This document shows positions 21,666 through 35,535 of a DNA stretch of 40,895 nucleotides, piece after piece. The notes below the pieces were generated by a model, which was not told where the DNA came from, did no database searches, and was given only the letters and a program-made list of their open reading frames with translations. Position numbers and translations under genes: made by a program. The DNA is from Octopus bimaculoides (Eukaryota), in assembly GCF_001194135.2 (NCBI RefSeq), contig NC_068999.1, forward strand, positions 38,041,844 through 38,082,738, written 5' to 3'. The first letter of the stretch is position 1, and each line of letters begins with the position of its first letter.

Positions 21666-23416
21666 TAAGACGTAGCCTAGAAAAATGAAAGGCTTTATGA
21701 TTACGTTAATATTTCCATTTAGTAATAAAAATTATATTCTTCGTTTGATAATTTAACGACGAATTAAGAGAAATAGCCTACGAGAGAAAAGGTTGAGTGT
21801 GGAATTAGTTACGATGAGAGAGTTCGGAGATGCTGGATATATTTGCTAGAAATGGTAGCAAATGATTCGCTCTAATGACATCCAAGTGCTACACTCATAG
21901 CATGGAACCTGGGGCTAAACAATAAAATAACCATGAATCGAACTTCCATTAATTTTCTTTTGATTCTTCTATTTCAACGGCATTCATCTCTTGGATGCAC
22001 TTATGACATGGATATTAAATCGAATATAAATTTTCACCATGAGAGTTGGTCCGAGGATAAATAATATTTAGATGTGAAATGAGCAGCTATCTAATGTTCA
22101 GGTTCAATTTTTAGTTAAGCGCCCTATATTGCATATAGACACCCACTCCCACCCCATAGTACTCATGTAAGAAGACCCTGTTCTACGACGAAGTAAGTGT
22201 CTTAAAACTGCTGTTGATTCCCGACCTTTTATCTATAGCCAAGTGTCCCCAACTCAGAGGCTTCTCAGCAGAGGGATTGAACCGGAAAACATGCTGCTGT
22301 GAAGCAAGCGTGTTAGTTGGACAAACATACTTGCACTTGACACTTTGAGATTTGAGTTCAAATCACACCAAGATTAGTGAAATAAATATCGATGAAATGA
22401 TGAAATCGGTTTTCATCAATTTCCTCCTCAAAACTTTTTGAGTTTGTGCTTCAAATAGAAATCAGTGTTCTGATGATAATCTATACACGTGGGCGTGACT
22501 GGCGGNNNNNNNNNNNNNNNNNNNNNNNNNNNNNNNNNNNNNNNNNNNNNNNNNNNNNNNNNNNNNNNNNNNNNNNNNNNNNNNNNNNNNNNNNNNNNNN
22601 NNNNNNNNNNNNNNNNNNNNNNNNNNNNNNNNNNNNNNNNNNNNNNNNNNNNNNNNNNNNNNNNNNNNNNNNNNNNNNNNNNNNNNNNNNNNNNNNNNNN
22701 NNNNNNNNNNNNNNNNNNNNNNNNNNNNNNNNNNNNNNNNNNNNNNNNNNNNNNNNNNNNNNNNNNNNNNNNNNNNNNNNNNNNNNNNNNNNNNNNNNNN
22801 NNNNNNNNNNNNNNNNNNNNNNNNNNNNNNNNNNNNNNNNNNNNNNNNNNNNNNNNNNNNNNNNNNNNNNNNNNNNNNNNNNNNNNNNNNNNNNNNNNNN
22901 NNNNNNNNNNNNNNNNNNNNNNNNNNNNNNNNNNNNNNNNNNNNNNNNNNNNNNNNNNNNNNNNNNNNNNNNNNNNNNNNNNNNNNNNNNNNNNNNNNNN
23001 NNNNNNNNNNNNNNNNNNNNNNNNNNNNNNNNNNNNNNNNNNNNNNNNNNNNNNNNNNNNNNNNNNNNNNNNNNNNNNNNNNNNNNNNNNNNNNNNNNNN
23101 NNNNNNNNNNNNNNNNNNNNNNNNNNNNNNNNNNNNNNNNNNNNNNNNNNNNNNNNNNNNNNNNNNNNNNNNNNNNNNNNNNNNNNNNNNNNNNNNNNNN
23201 NNNNNNNNNNNNNNNNNNNNNNNNNNNNNNNNNNNNNNNNNNNNNNNNNNNNNNNNNNNNNNNNNNNNNNNNNNNNNNNNNNNNNNNNNNNNNNNNNNNN
23301 NNNNNNNNNNNNNNNNNNNNNNNNNNNNNNNNNNNNNNNNNNNNNNNNNNNNNNNNNNNNNNNNNNNNNNNNNNNNNNNNNNNNNNNNNNNNNNNNNNNN
23401 NNNNNNNNNNNNNNNN

Positions 23417-23464
<48 letters not shown>

Positions 23465-23479
23465 ATGTGGAAAATGTAA

Positions 23480-23900
23480 TACTGTTCTCCTATATAAACA
23501 CAAATCACTTAAAAGCCGCAGGCGTTTAATGTCCCGGAAGAAATTAATGCAAAAGCATTGCTTATTTCTGTTGACGATGTTATTTCTGAAAAGTACGCCG
23601 TTTCATATATCTTGGATATTTAGTCGCAAATAATATATAGCATCAATTTTGATATTTGTATTTTCCCCTGCATTTTGAAAAATGGAATATGAACTAAAAC
23701 ACATTCGGACTAGCAAGGGAATACTGATGGCGACAGCAAGCACACTTTTAGACGTACGTATACGCAGCAGAATTGTATGTAGTGTAGAGACATGGGATAT
23801 CGGAACTACAGAAAACAAGGGAAGCGAATTGCTATGTTATGATTTATTCAGAAAGGATATGAAATGACAGAATATGACACGTAAATGTCAAGATTATTTC
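23480..23900 (+). mobile_element. Decayed RTE-type LINE fragment (RT domains 6-7 and thumb)
   Basis: LYINTNHLK...KVRRFIYLGYLVANN...SRIVCSVETWDIG resembles GLxINxxKTK...VxxFxYLGS...LLYGxETWxI. Confidence 0.7.
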
Positions 23901-24205
23901 ACTTCTCAATAAAAACAACAATATCTGGCAAAATCCAAACACAAGGTTTCTGATATCCCTAATACAAATGATCCGCATTAAGGTCCCATTGAAATCAAAC
24001 TGTATTTAAAAATGATGGCCAAAACATCAAATTATGCCGATTGTTGCTAAATACAGTATCTTAAATAATTTGCCTACGTCACGTGGTAGAAAAAGAATTT
24101 CATTCAAAGATAAGTGATGACGTTTTAGTGTGATTATCAAGTTTCTGACCTGACCTGTATGTACAAAAGAAGAAACAAACAAACATTGCTAAAACATGAA
24201 TAAAT

Positions 24206-24563
24206 CATGGTTGTATGGTTAAGAAGATTCTATTGCAAGAAGCTGGTTCGGGTTCATTTCAAAGGAGTGGCATATTGGACAAGTGTTTTCTACTGGACAG
24301 AAACGGTTTCGAAGCTCGTCAGGTGATTATATTTTCGAGAGTGGTACGTGCGGGTGTATGTGTATTGGTCTCCTCCTTATTGTTTAAAAACCGGTGTTAG
24401 TTTGTTTATGTTGCCATCAATTCGAGACGCGGCAAGGCTCTGATAGGATAAGTACCAAAATTAGAATGCGTACTGGGTCAATTTGCTCAAATAAAACCAT
24501 TTGAAAGCTGGGATACAGCTTGGCCGCAGTTCGATCATTGAAATAAGTAACAAAATAAAAGAG
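24206..24563 (+). mobile_element. SINE-B, diverged, near full length
   Basis: Head tggttgtatggttaag...ggttcgggttca...attggacaagtgttttctac; tail gataagtacc...ttggccgcagttcgatcattgaaataagtaacaaaataaaagag. Confidence 0.75.
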
Positions 24564-24728
24564 TAAAGTTACTCAAATTAGCAACCAGACAAATACAATA
24601 TGTTCTGCAAATTAAAATAACAGAAAAAGTTTTATTTGATGTGATGATTTGGCAGAGTGCGTTCTGTGAAATAAGATGTAGAATATATTTCGACTTCTAG
24701 GATATCGCGTTCACATTCAGCCGAGTTT

Positions 24729-24933
24729 ACTTCTAAGTTTGAGACGCGACCAGCGATTGCAGGTGAGGGGAGTAGTTGAATATGTTGACGCTGGTGTTTC
24801 ACTGCTATTTACTTTATCGATCTTGAAAGTACAAAATGTAAAGCCAGCCTCGGAGGAGTTTGAACTCAGCAGCGGAAGAAAAGCTGCTATGAACTTTGTC
24901 CGACGTGCTAACAATTCTGCTAGCTAGCTGACT
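24729..24933 (-). mobile_element. SINE-A with its head abutting (ATT)n
   Basis: Reverse complement of gcagaattgttagcacgtcggac...gagttcaaactcctccgaggctggctttac. Confidence 0.75.
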
Positions 24934-24952
24934 TAATAATAATAATAATAAC

Positions 24953-25028
<76 letters not shown>
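24934..25028. repeat. (AAT)n microsatellite
   Basis: Seen directly. Confidence 0.97.
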
Positions 25029-25034
<6 letters not shown>

Positions 25035-25670
25035 GCAGAGACTGAAGNNNNNNNNNNNNNNNNNNNNNNNNNNNNNNNNNNNNNNNNNNNNNNNNNNNNN
25101 NNNNNNNNNNNNNNNNNNNNNNNNNNNNNNNNNNNNNNNNNNNNNNNNNNNNNNNNNNNNNNNNNNNNNNNNNNNNNNNNNNNNNNNNNNNNNNNNNNNN
25201 NNNNNNNNNNNNNNNNNNNNNNNNNNNNNNNNNNNNNNNNNNNNNNNNNNNNNNNNNNNNNNNNNNNNNNNNNNNNNNNNNNNNNNNNNNNNNNNNNNNN
25301 NNNNNNNNNNNNNNNNNNNNNNNNNNNNNNNNNNNNNNNNNNNNNNNNNNNNNNNNNNNNNNNNNNNNNNNNNNNNNNNNNNNNNNNNNNNNNNNNNNNN
25401 NNNNNNNNNNNNNNNNNNNNNNNNNNNNNNNNNNNNNNNNNNNNNNNNNNNNNNNNNNNNNNNNNNNNNNNNNNNNNNNNNNNNNNNNNNNNNNNNNNNN
25501 NNNNNNNNNNNNNNNNNNNNNNNNNNNNNNNNNNNNNNNNNNNNNNNNNNNNNNNNNNNNNNNNNNNNNNNNNNNNNNNNNNNNNNNNNNNNNNNNNNNN
25601 NNNNNNNNNNNNNNNNNNNNNGGTAGTGAAGTGAAAGCACGTTATAAAAATAAAACTACTGAACAACAAC

Positions 25671-25709
<39 letters not shown>

Positions 25710-25710
<1 letters not shown>

Positions 25711-25800
25711 GGTTTTGATGTTGACACAGAGTCAACACTTTCAAGTTGCGGGGCATGGTCGATACCCTGAGACCCAGTAATTGACAGGTGTAGATAATGA
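25710..25800 (-). mobile_element. SINE-A 3' fragment, tail running into (ATT)n at 25670-25710
   Basis: ttgacacagagtcaacacttt...atggtcgataccctgagacccagtaattgacaggtg, diverged. Confidence 0.5.
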
Positions 25801-25860
25801 TTATTAAATCGAAAATAATGTTTGTAACCGTGATGCTGCTTCAGCTGACGATCATTGTTA

Positions 25861-25892
<32 letters not shown>

Positions 25893-26319
25893 GATGATTG
25901 TGATGATGAAGACGATGACGATTACGATGATGATATTGATGATGAGAAGTAGGATGATGATGGTGATGGTCAAATAAACATAGGAAATATTTTCCACAAA
26001 TATAGCAGAATTTCTGAGTTATTATTTGCTTTGTTTTTTTTTTTATATATTTTATATTCGTTAACATAATCCGGTGTCTGCTGTTTTTCTTTTTAATATA
26101 AAACCAGCATCAAAACCATCAAACGTATAAAACGGAGAGATAAATCACAGCAAATATGAAAATATTATGAGCATTGTAAAAAATTGTGATTGGACACAAA
26201 AATATGGAATTCGCTTATATTTATTGAACAGTCAAATACCAGAGGGGAATATATATATGTATATATATATATATATATACTCTGTATATATATATTTTCC
26301 CCTCTACTAGTTGACAGTT

Positions 26320-26422
<103 letters not shown>

Positions 26423-26491
26423 CTTGTGTGTATATATATATATACGCACACACACGCGTGCACGCATACGAACACAGACACACGTGCACGT

Positions 26492-26533
<42 letters not shown>

Positions 26534-27489
26534 CTACATGTATGTATGTTTGTATATATGTATGTATTCATTAGACATTGGAAACTGGAATAAAATGAAA
26601 ATGCGCTTATAATAGATTAAAAATAAAAAGCCATTTGGCTGGAACAAACGGTAAAGTTAGACATAATTGGAAATGAAATATCGCAAGTGATCTTATTTCC
26701 CACTGGAAACTGATTAATGCCCGTGATTTCGGCAGCTTCAACATTTATACATGCATATAGAGTATATATATATATAAACATACGCACACACACACATATG
26801 TATTAACGTGTGTGTGTGTGTACAGAGAGAAAGAAAGTGATAGATAGATAGATAGATAGATTATGTGCTAGACAGATGAGAAAGCTGGTTCGAGTTTTGT
26901 GCTGTAAACAACTCTAACTAAGGAACACTATCAGGGATATAATAGTGAGTCGTAGCTTATCAAACTATATCTAATGCAATAGTTTAAACATCATTAGTTA
27001 GAGAAGAAGAGCTGAGACGTATTTCTAGTTGCTAATTTGATATTGCAAAATGATGAATAACTATAAATTTAAAGTAAAATAAAAAGAATTATGAAAAGTG
27101 GAATTTCCCCTCTCTTGGGTGTGATAATCTCTCTAATTCATAGAGAATGTCTTTTTTATAATTGATTTTGTTGGAGAAGATATGGAAGAATGATAGAGTC
27201 TTTGAGACTCTCCTGGGTGATGAATAAGAGAAAGAGTGTATATTTTCTTCAGATTTACAACCTGGCACCTAAATACCCTGGCGAGGACATTAAACTGCGC
27301 TGTGGATTAAATCTCCAATCTTTATTTGGAGTGTCATGAGCTGCGCAACTATTTTTTTTGTTGTGGTCGTAACTTGGGTAGAGACTCTCGTCTCTAAATG
27401 AGAAGTGGATGATAGGTCATTGTAAAAAAAAAAAAAAATTGTATGCTTTACAACTTATTAGTCTCCTCTTCAAATAATTATGGTTTTAT

Positions 27490-27765
27490 TTCAGTAATTT
27501 ATATTGAACTCTACAATGACAGATTCGAATTCGATAGAATCGATCTGTAAACCAGTCTGTCAAAATATATTGTAAAACAGAAGAGCCTGGTTTCCGAGCT
27601 ATGTAACTTTTATTTTCAACAGTGAAATATTCTGGAACAAGAACAAGATGTTCGATAAAGTGGTCTATATCTGAAAGATCTGATGAAATGGTCACGGTTG
27701 AAATGTATTTGATCATAGCTTGAGTTGATCAACGCTGGATTAGGGCTAAACATAAACAATGAAAA
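27490..27765 (+). mobile_element. Possible heavily decayed LINE RT fragment (domains 4-6)
   Basis: IELYND...IVKQKSLVSELCNFY...SDEMVTVE...GLGLNINNEK in the order of LY...GVKQGCxLSPxLFNxY...ADDIVL...GLxINxxK. Confidence 0.4.
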
Positions 27766-27829
27766 AAAAAAAATAATAATTTTTATTTTAATAATTTTTG
27801 CCAATGGAACCGCACTAACGAAGATAATG

Positions 27830-28010
27830 CTGTCAAATTTCGACTCAAAGACAGAAATTTCAATAGAAGGGAAATAATCGAGTAAATCGACCTTAAAAGT
27901 TGACTGATGATTAGTTTTATCGGCCTTGGTGAGAAATAAAGCAAAGTTGACATCGGTGTGGTTTGAACAACCGGAGGAAATATGGCGAAGAATTTTGTAT
28001 GACATTACAA
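27830..28010 (-). mobile_element. SINE-A, diverged
   Basis: Minus strand gttcaaaccacaccgatgtcaactttgc...ccgataaaac...aaggtcgatttactcgatt...gtcgaaatttgacagcatt. Confidence 0.7.
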
Positions 28011-28059
28011 CGTTCCACCGAATTACCCAGTGACGGTGATGATAATAAAGGTTAATAAT

Positions 28060-28255
28060 TTAGACACAAGGCTAGCAATTTTCAGAAGAATGGATTAGTG
28101 AATAGCATTGATCTCAGTATTTGTCTGTTATTTTTTGGAACCCGGCAGGAACTGAACTCCAGTTGTAAAAAAAATAGAACAAATATTATGAGGCATCTTA
28201 TCCGATACTGTAATGCTCTTCATTAGAACGGTGCCAATCCACTGCTCTAGCGACG
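28060..28255 (-). mobile_element. SINE-A, strongly diverged, head next to (ATT)n
   Basis: tttagacacaaggctagcaattttc... is the reverse complement of the SINE-A tail. Confidence 0.5.
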
Positions 28256-28264
28256 ATATTGATC

Positions 28265-28327
28265 ACAACAACAACAACAACAACAATTATAGAAATACTA
28301 ATAATAGTAATGATAATAATAATAATG

Positions 28328-28385
<58 letters not shown>

Positions 28386-28402
28386 TAATAATAATAATAA
28401 TG

Positions 28403-28465
<63 letters not shown>

Positions 28466-28466
28466 G
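28265..28466. repeat. Long (AAT)n microsatellite with (AAC)n and GAT interruptions
   Basis: Seen directly. Confidence 0.97.
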
Positions 28467-28837
28467 TCTTGAGAATACTACATTATGGAAATGTTCCATG
28501 AATTCGGAATAATGTATTTAGATGTTGCTAAGTCAGGTGGTTGGGTAGATTCTATTTTGACAGAATAGCACATCATCACAGAATCAGTTCATAGTGACTG
28601 AGTATTGCCCAATTTATTGAAACGAAGAACTTCCAAATATCCATTTACGCTTCTCATGTGTTTGCACTTATACGGAAATTAAAATACTTTCATCGCATAT
28701 TGTTTCCGGCGTCTGGGTGCACTGGGAAGGAAAGAAAGAAAAAAACCTAGAATGAGAGAAGAGAAAAGTATACGTACAATGCACATTCTCATGTGTACAC
28801 ACGGATACGCACAGACACATTGTGTGTTTGCGTATAA

Positions 28838-28875
<38 letters not shown>

Positions 28876-29599
28876 GTATTTGTGTGCGTGTGTATGTGTG
28901 TATGTATGTATAAATAGAAGAAAACAATAATCAAACGTACACATCTAGGTCATACGTAAACACGCATAAGCATATTTATATACATACACATGCACTTATA
29001 CACAGGCAATGATATCTGTTTCGCAATCTCTGTCTTTTCCTGAGTGTATGTGTAAAGTACACACGCATACACACGCAGACACACACACACACACAAACAC
29101 ATATATTCACACGCACACACAAACACATAGATACACAAACACACAGGAAAACAAACAAACATACACACAAGTGTGTATTGTTCTAACATAGAGAGGTATG
29201 CCCGTATAGCTATACCTCACTGTATGCTTGTTTGTTTGTAGTGTATGTGGTACATTTATGTGTATGTATGTGTAGGATTGTATATGTGCGTGTGTACATG
29301 CACAAATATATATAGATAGATAAATAGACAGATGGATCGTTGGTCCACGATGACTATTCAGTTGTTCTCTTAACTGAATACCCTACACCTGTTTCAATGA
29401 TTAGGTAGCTGAGCTTTCTAAGGACTCGTCTATCTTTGAATTGATTCTGAGGAAGAGTAATTGTGACATAATGTGACAAGGCTGTACCTTTAGAATTATA
29501 AGCACAACCCACCCGACGGGATTCTTTACAATATACGTTTACTCCTGTTTACTCATTTTAAGAGTAATAAACTTTTCTAAGAAACGTACACGGCCATAA

Positions 29600-29765
29600 A
29601 TCAGATGTTAGAAGAAAATAGTCGATTGAATAGGCCATAGTGCGTGACTGGTACCTATTTTAACAAAGCCGGAATGAGGAAAGGCTAAGAGGAGCGTAGC
29701 AAGATTTGAACTCAAAAATTAATGACCTACAACTCAATGCCATATTAACGATCCCGCCAATCTTT
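29600..29765 (-). mobile_element. SINE-A, diverged
   Basis: gactggtacctatttt...aggaaaggctaag...gatttgaactc...taacgatcccgcca. Confidence 0.55.
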
Positions 29766-29784
29766 CAACCTCTTCTTTAAAGAA

Positions 29785-29980
29785 ATAATCCTTTCTACTA
29801 TAGGCACAAGGCCAGACATTTTGGGGAGGGGTAAGTCGACACCAATACTTGACTGGTACTTAGCTTATCGAGCCCAAAAGAATGACCCCATTACTTGACT
29901 GGTACTTAAAATGAAAGACAAAGTCAACATCGGCGTAATTTGAACTCAGAACATAGCGTCAGACGAAACACTGCTAATAT
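29785..29980 (-). mobile_element. SINE-A with an internal 17-bp duplication
   Basis: ctttctactataggcacaaggcc...tttggggagggg; tacttgactggtactta occurs at 29846 and 29892; aaagtcaacatcggcgtaatttgaactcagaac. Confidence 0.85.
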
Positions 29981-30009
29981 ATCTACTCTAGTACATATTT
30001 ATTAAAAGT

Positions 30010-30295
30010 CAGGGACTTATCCTATTCATCTCATTTGCTAAACTGCTGAATTATTGTGCGTAAACAAAACAACGTGTGAGGTAAACACCAGCGCAAGACA
30101 TACGCAGAGCCATAGACACTTATATACACATATACGACAGGTTTCCACACAGTTTCCGTCTACCAAATTATTTCACAGCACACCGGTCGGCCTAGAGCTA
30201 TAATAGAAAACATTTGATTGAGCTGCTGTGCAGAGGGACTGAATACGAATGCACATGGTTGCAAAGTGAGTTTCTTCACCACACAAACATCAGTG
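30010..30295 (-). mobile_element. SINE-B (central region and head)
   Basis: tatacgacaggtttccacacagtttccgtctaccaaa...ggtcggcctagagctataatagaaaacattt...gggactgaa...cacatggttgcaaagtgagtttcttcaccacaca. Confidence 0.8.
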
Positions 30296-31545
30296 TAGAT
30301 AATAATTTAAAAAAACTTATACTTATCGGTTGTCTGTGTTCTTTTGATATGAAAGTGTATTTTATGGCGATGAACCTAAAATAATGCTTTGATGGATACA
30401 ATCAGTTTTTAAAAAATATAGTTTCCAAATATTAACTCTTGCTCCCCATGAAAAGTTAAACATGCTGTCCTTTGTGGAAATGAATATCATAAATATAATG
30501 CTATATTGTATACTTGAATTGTTAATTTTCTTCATAGCATAGAGAAACGTTTCGATGAAACACATTGGAAAGACGAAGTTAAGAATTGTCTGTGGGACAA
30601 ACAATAAAATGAAACCATTTTAAACCAGTTTCTAATAATTTTTTTTTAATATTTTACGACTGCAACTGACTTTCAGCTCCATAATACAATATTTCACTTC
30701 AACTATGATGAAGGGATTGTAGTATATTGACATCAACGTAAAACACTACAGCTGCTGTGGAGAAAAAGTAATCCGCTGAACTCCCTGAGATCACCTCTGC
30801 CATAAAATAATAAATAAATTTCTCTGAAATTATTCAAAACTATACTGATATTCTTTCACTTATTTCAGTCACTAGAGTGCGGTCATGCTGTGGAACCGCA
30901 TAGAACTGTTCACACGAATAATTCGTATGTATATATATTTATATGTATATATATATATATCGAGTCCGTACGTATCGCAGATCAAGATGGGAAGGATGAC
31001 TTCCCTTTGCAAATACAGACAGGACACAGATGTGTGTCAATAACCAGCTGGAGGATATGTTCTCCTGGGGCTAAAAGCAACAGTAACATCCACCCTTAGG
31101 GGTCAGCCACATTTAAGTGGCAAATATACTTCACCTTGTCGTGCAGTTACTGTTAATACCTCGTTCAGAGATTTAACATTGTTTGTATATATATATATTG
31201 ACTTTGCTCTGGAAGGAAGTATATACACAAATACGTATAAATGCCGTGGCTCGCAAACAAATTTTGCGTTAAATTCTTACGTTGACGCTTACGGGCGTGG
31301 TGGTTGTATACGTGTGTATGAATGGGTGCGCAAATGCGTATGTTTATTGTGACGTAATCAGGCAGCCAACAGTTCCAGCACTAACTCTCCACTGTTGTCT
31401 TTACCAAACCCCAGAGCAACTATCTCCTCTTAACTTCCACCCCTTTTTCTTTTTCCCTCATCTGTTCTTAATTTCTAACAACTTCATATGATTCCCACTC
31501 TCAAATATTTGACATCAGCCTATATATATATATATACACCCATAT

Positions 31546-31604
<59 letters not shown>

Positions 31605-32869
31605 TACACACACACACACATACACACACACATATATATATATTACATATAGTCACACATAAATATGCATATGTATGTACATATTTATGCAGATGTATAT
31701 GTATGTGTATGCATATATTTATTTATATGTATATATTTCCGCCTTTTTGAAGACTGCGTCGTTCACTTGTGTTCCAGACCATTTCTCTATTACTTGAGGC
31801 CCACAATTGAAGCCCTTTTATGTTACCAATAACAATATTTTGCCAACTGGACATGTCACAGTCAAACCAAGCTGCTTTTGGCAAAGTCTCTATATTCCTT
31901 TTCTGTGTTTATTATAGAATGAAACAATCTGTGCAATAGTTTCTGTTCTTGGCCTTTTGATTCAATCGATATTTTCTACATGTCTTAATATATTAATTTG
32001 TGCGATGGATATTTTATGTTTTAATGTTCCTGTAGAGAGTGGCAGAGAAAGTAGACGGTTGAATTATATATTCATTCATTTATTACTTAAATGAATTTAC
32101 ACAACCTTGTGATATCCGAAAATATCTAACACCGCTTATACATGAATGTGTATAAGAAGAAAAGACAAACTCAGGAAGCTGGTAGGCGAAGGAAAGACGA
32201 ATGTTTTAGTTGTTGAATGATTTCGTCGTCTCAAGGCAACAGAAGAGTGTATTTATGGATTGTAGATTCTGGAGAATCAAGTCTATCTGCATCCTCGGTA
32301 ACGTTTTGACGATTTAGATCGAATGGACTTACGTCTAAATATGAAGGTTAATTTTTGTTATCTCGTTCTATATTTACTTCTCACGTTCGTTGTCATCCAG
32401 AATATCACTGAAAGATTTTAGTGGTGGTTGCACGGGGTGCATAATATTTCTAGAGCTAACAATAACGTAAAGCTCCTGTCAGGTGTATGTAAATGAGTTT
32501 ATTTGATATGCTATATATAACTGACGAATATCGCTCAAGCCATACACCTGTGTCCAGTATTATATTCCTGGAAAATCCAGCGCTCCATACGCAGCACAAG
32601 ACAGATTTCAACAACCTACAACACTCAGACCACACACGTGTCAAAATTAATGATTATGCAGTGCTATGTACCAGCAAAAATATAAAATACTCACAAATGG
32701 CAGGCCTTTAATCAAACGACTTTTTGGTTTGGATATAGCCGACCTGTATTTGGTATTACATTGTTATGTAGCCAGCATTTATGTGTCACCGAAAACTGAA
32801 TCTTTACATTCAATACTGCCAAATTAATTGTAATACTTCCTTTCATTATTTTTAAATAGAAGGCCGTGG

Positions 32870-33060
32870 ATGGGCAGATTCGTTAGAATATCGGAGAAAA
32901 TGTCTTGTAGTGTTACTTCCGCCTATTGACGTTCAGAGATCAAATCAGGCCATGATAAAGTTTACCTTTCATCGTTCGGTGATCAACGAAATAAGTTCTA
33001 ATCAATTACAAGAATCGAAAATATCGACACCTCAAAATTTCTGACCAAATCAGAAATTAT
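32870..33060 (+). mobile_element. SINE-A, diverged
   Basis: gggcagattcgttag...gagatcaaatc...tttacctttcatcgttcggtgatcaacgaaataag; ends in attattatt. Confidence 0.6.
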
Positions 33061-34097
33061 TATTGTCGTTGTTGTCGATAAGAGCAGTTGGATTGCCTAT
33101 ATTAGGAACAACCATTACTTACATAACTGGTAAATTTCTGCATATTTTGTCGTGTCTTGGGAAGCTCATTACGCCAATAATATTAAAAAGACACGCACAG
33201 GTTCAATACCACTTCTTTATTGCTAGTCAATCGGTTAGGTATTTAACCAATTGACGAAATATAAAGAGTTGATATTTAACCAGAGCGTGTGTTTATTATT
33301 ATTGATATAATGACCGTCCAAAAGTACAAATAGAATTGTTTCAATACACGAATTCACATCAGGAATCTTGCAAATCAAATACAAAAACGAAGTGCGTATA
33401 TTTTCTTTACAATAAAAACTTTGGTGAGAATGAGTAACGATGGTCGCGAGTGGGAGTTCAACTTTTGCTAGTCATCCTTTTTCCGGTATTTCAATGTAAC
33501 AAAGTACCAGTCATATAATGCGGTTTTATTGTAACTGAATATAATACATCACTCTACGCAATTCGTGACATCCTTATTCCAGCGATTGTAACCACCACCA
33601 CCAACAACAACACCACTATTTTTTGCACGAAAGACACGAGCGAATATAATTTTCTTCTGTGTGTATTTATGTGTGTGTGTTTGTGCATTCATGATTGTAT
33701 GTGTGTGACTGTGTGTGTATATTTGTGTGTGTGTGTGTGTGTATGTGTGTATGTGTGTGAGTCCTGTGCTTAAAGCTTGTCGTAAAAGAAAATATGGTGC
33801 CTGCTCTGGAATTATAGATCGTCATTTTCGTCACGAAACACTCGAAGCGTTCATATATATTTTAGCACGATCATATCAGCAGCGCAGAGTACACACGCGC
33901 ACGCGCACACACACAGAGACGGACACACACACACACACAGACGGACACACACACACACGCACACACAGACATCGACACACAAACATTGACACGCACACTG
34001 ACAAATAGACGTAAAAACACATACATACACGTACACACATATATATATATATACATGTACATATAAATTTGTATGTACACATACACACACATACACG

Positions 34098-34150
<53 letters not shown>

Positions 34151-34319
34151 GTACACACATATATACTTACACACATACATACAGATACTCACACTCGTAT
34201 ATATATATATATACGACTGAAGCATGAAGAAGAACTAACGAAATTGTGTAAGAGAAAGATGAAAGAAAAATGTGTGTGAGGGAGAGAGAGAGAGAGAGGG
34301 AGAGAGAGAGAGAGAGAGT

Positions 34320-34757
34320 GAGTGAGAGAGAAAGAAAATAGGTTTGTGTGTGTGATTGAGAGAGAAGGAAGGACAAAGACAGAGCGGAAGAGAGAGAGAG
34401 AGAGAGAGNNNNNNNNNNNNNNNNNNNNNNNNNNNNNNNNNNNNNNNNNNNNNNNNNNNNNNNNNNNNNNNNNNNNNNNNNNNNNNNNNNNNNNNNNNNN
34501 NNNNNNNNNNNNNNNNNNNNNNNNNNNNNNNNNNNNNNNNNNNNNNNNNNNNNNNNNNNNNNNNNNNNNNNNNNNNNNNNNNNNNNNNNNNNNNNNNNNN
34601 NNNNNNNNNNNNNNNNNNNNNNNNNNNNNNNNNNNNNNNNNNNNNNNNNNNNGAGAGAGAGAGAGACTGAGTGAGAGAGAAAGAAAATAGGTTTGTGTGT
34701 GTGATTGAGAGAGAAGGAAGGACAAAGACAGAGCGGAAGAGAGAGAGAGAGAGAGAG
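34320..34757. repeat. Identical 85-90 bp direct repeat on both sides of an N gap (34320-34408 and 34669-34757)
   Basis: gagtgagagagaaagaaaataggtttgtgtgtgtgattgagagagaaggaaggacaaagacagagcggaag occurs twice. Confidence 0.9.
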
Positions 34758-34766
34758 CGAGAGAGC

Positions 34767-34798
<32 letters not shown>

Positions 34799-35146
34799 TA
34801 GATAGTAAGAAAGGAAAATGTTCAGCAACAAATATGAAGAAAGATATAACAGGTCAGTAAGAAGGTATGTGTGGTGTGGATGGGAGGGGGGAGACAGAGG
34901 AAGGAAGAGAAGGAGGAAGAGAAAGAGAGAATGAGAGTGAGAGAGAGAGAGACGGACATACAGAGAGGGAGACCGAATGCGGGGGGGTGCGGAGAAGGAA
35001 ATTGCTATCAGCTGTTAACAAAGGAACGCAAATGTTTGAAAGCGATCTACATACAAAACAGAGCTTTAGAAGCTGGAATTGTTGTCAGTTATATAGCTTC
35101 GGGGTTTCGTGAGCGAAAATGCGAAAATGTTGTAAGATGCTGTAGT

Positions 35147-35184
<38 letters not shown>

Positions 35185-35535
35185 TTGTTGTTGTAAGATC
35201 GAGTTTGCGGTTGAGGATGCGACTAATAAAACAATGATGGTGTTGATGGTAATGAGAATGACTTGTAAAGTTAACAGAAAGGAACTTTATACTTTTGGTG
35301 GTGAGCGGGACGGGAGATGTAGTTTAATGAAAGGGAAAAAAGGCTGCAGCGACCATGAGTAGATTTAGTAGATTCCTCTTGAAATGGGAGACCTGACTAG
35401 AATACAAGGGACGGAATAAACCTAACAAAAATCTGAGGTCGCAGTCGACGAAATCGATTTGTACATGACGGTGTATTAAGTTGTCGAACCTGAAGAGATT
35501 AGGACTAATGATCTAAATCAACGTGAGTAAATATT

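Noticed and set aside
27486-27716. 76-aa minus ORF MIKYISTVTISSDLSDIDHFIEHL...
   Set aside because: No convincing splice pair; the opposite strand shows ordered RT-like motifs.
30538-30607. Plus-strand terminal-exon-like IEKRFDETHWKDEVKNCLWDKQ*
   Set aside because: Only 22 codons, with no supporting upstream exons.
32695-32743. 49-nt minus exon candidate RSAISKPKSRLIKGLPF with gtgagt donor
   Set aside because: Weak acceptor and short length; unsupported without RNA data.
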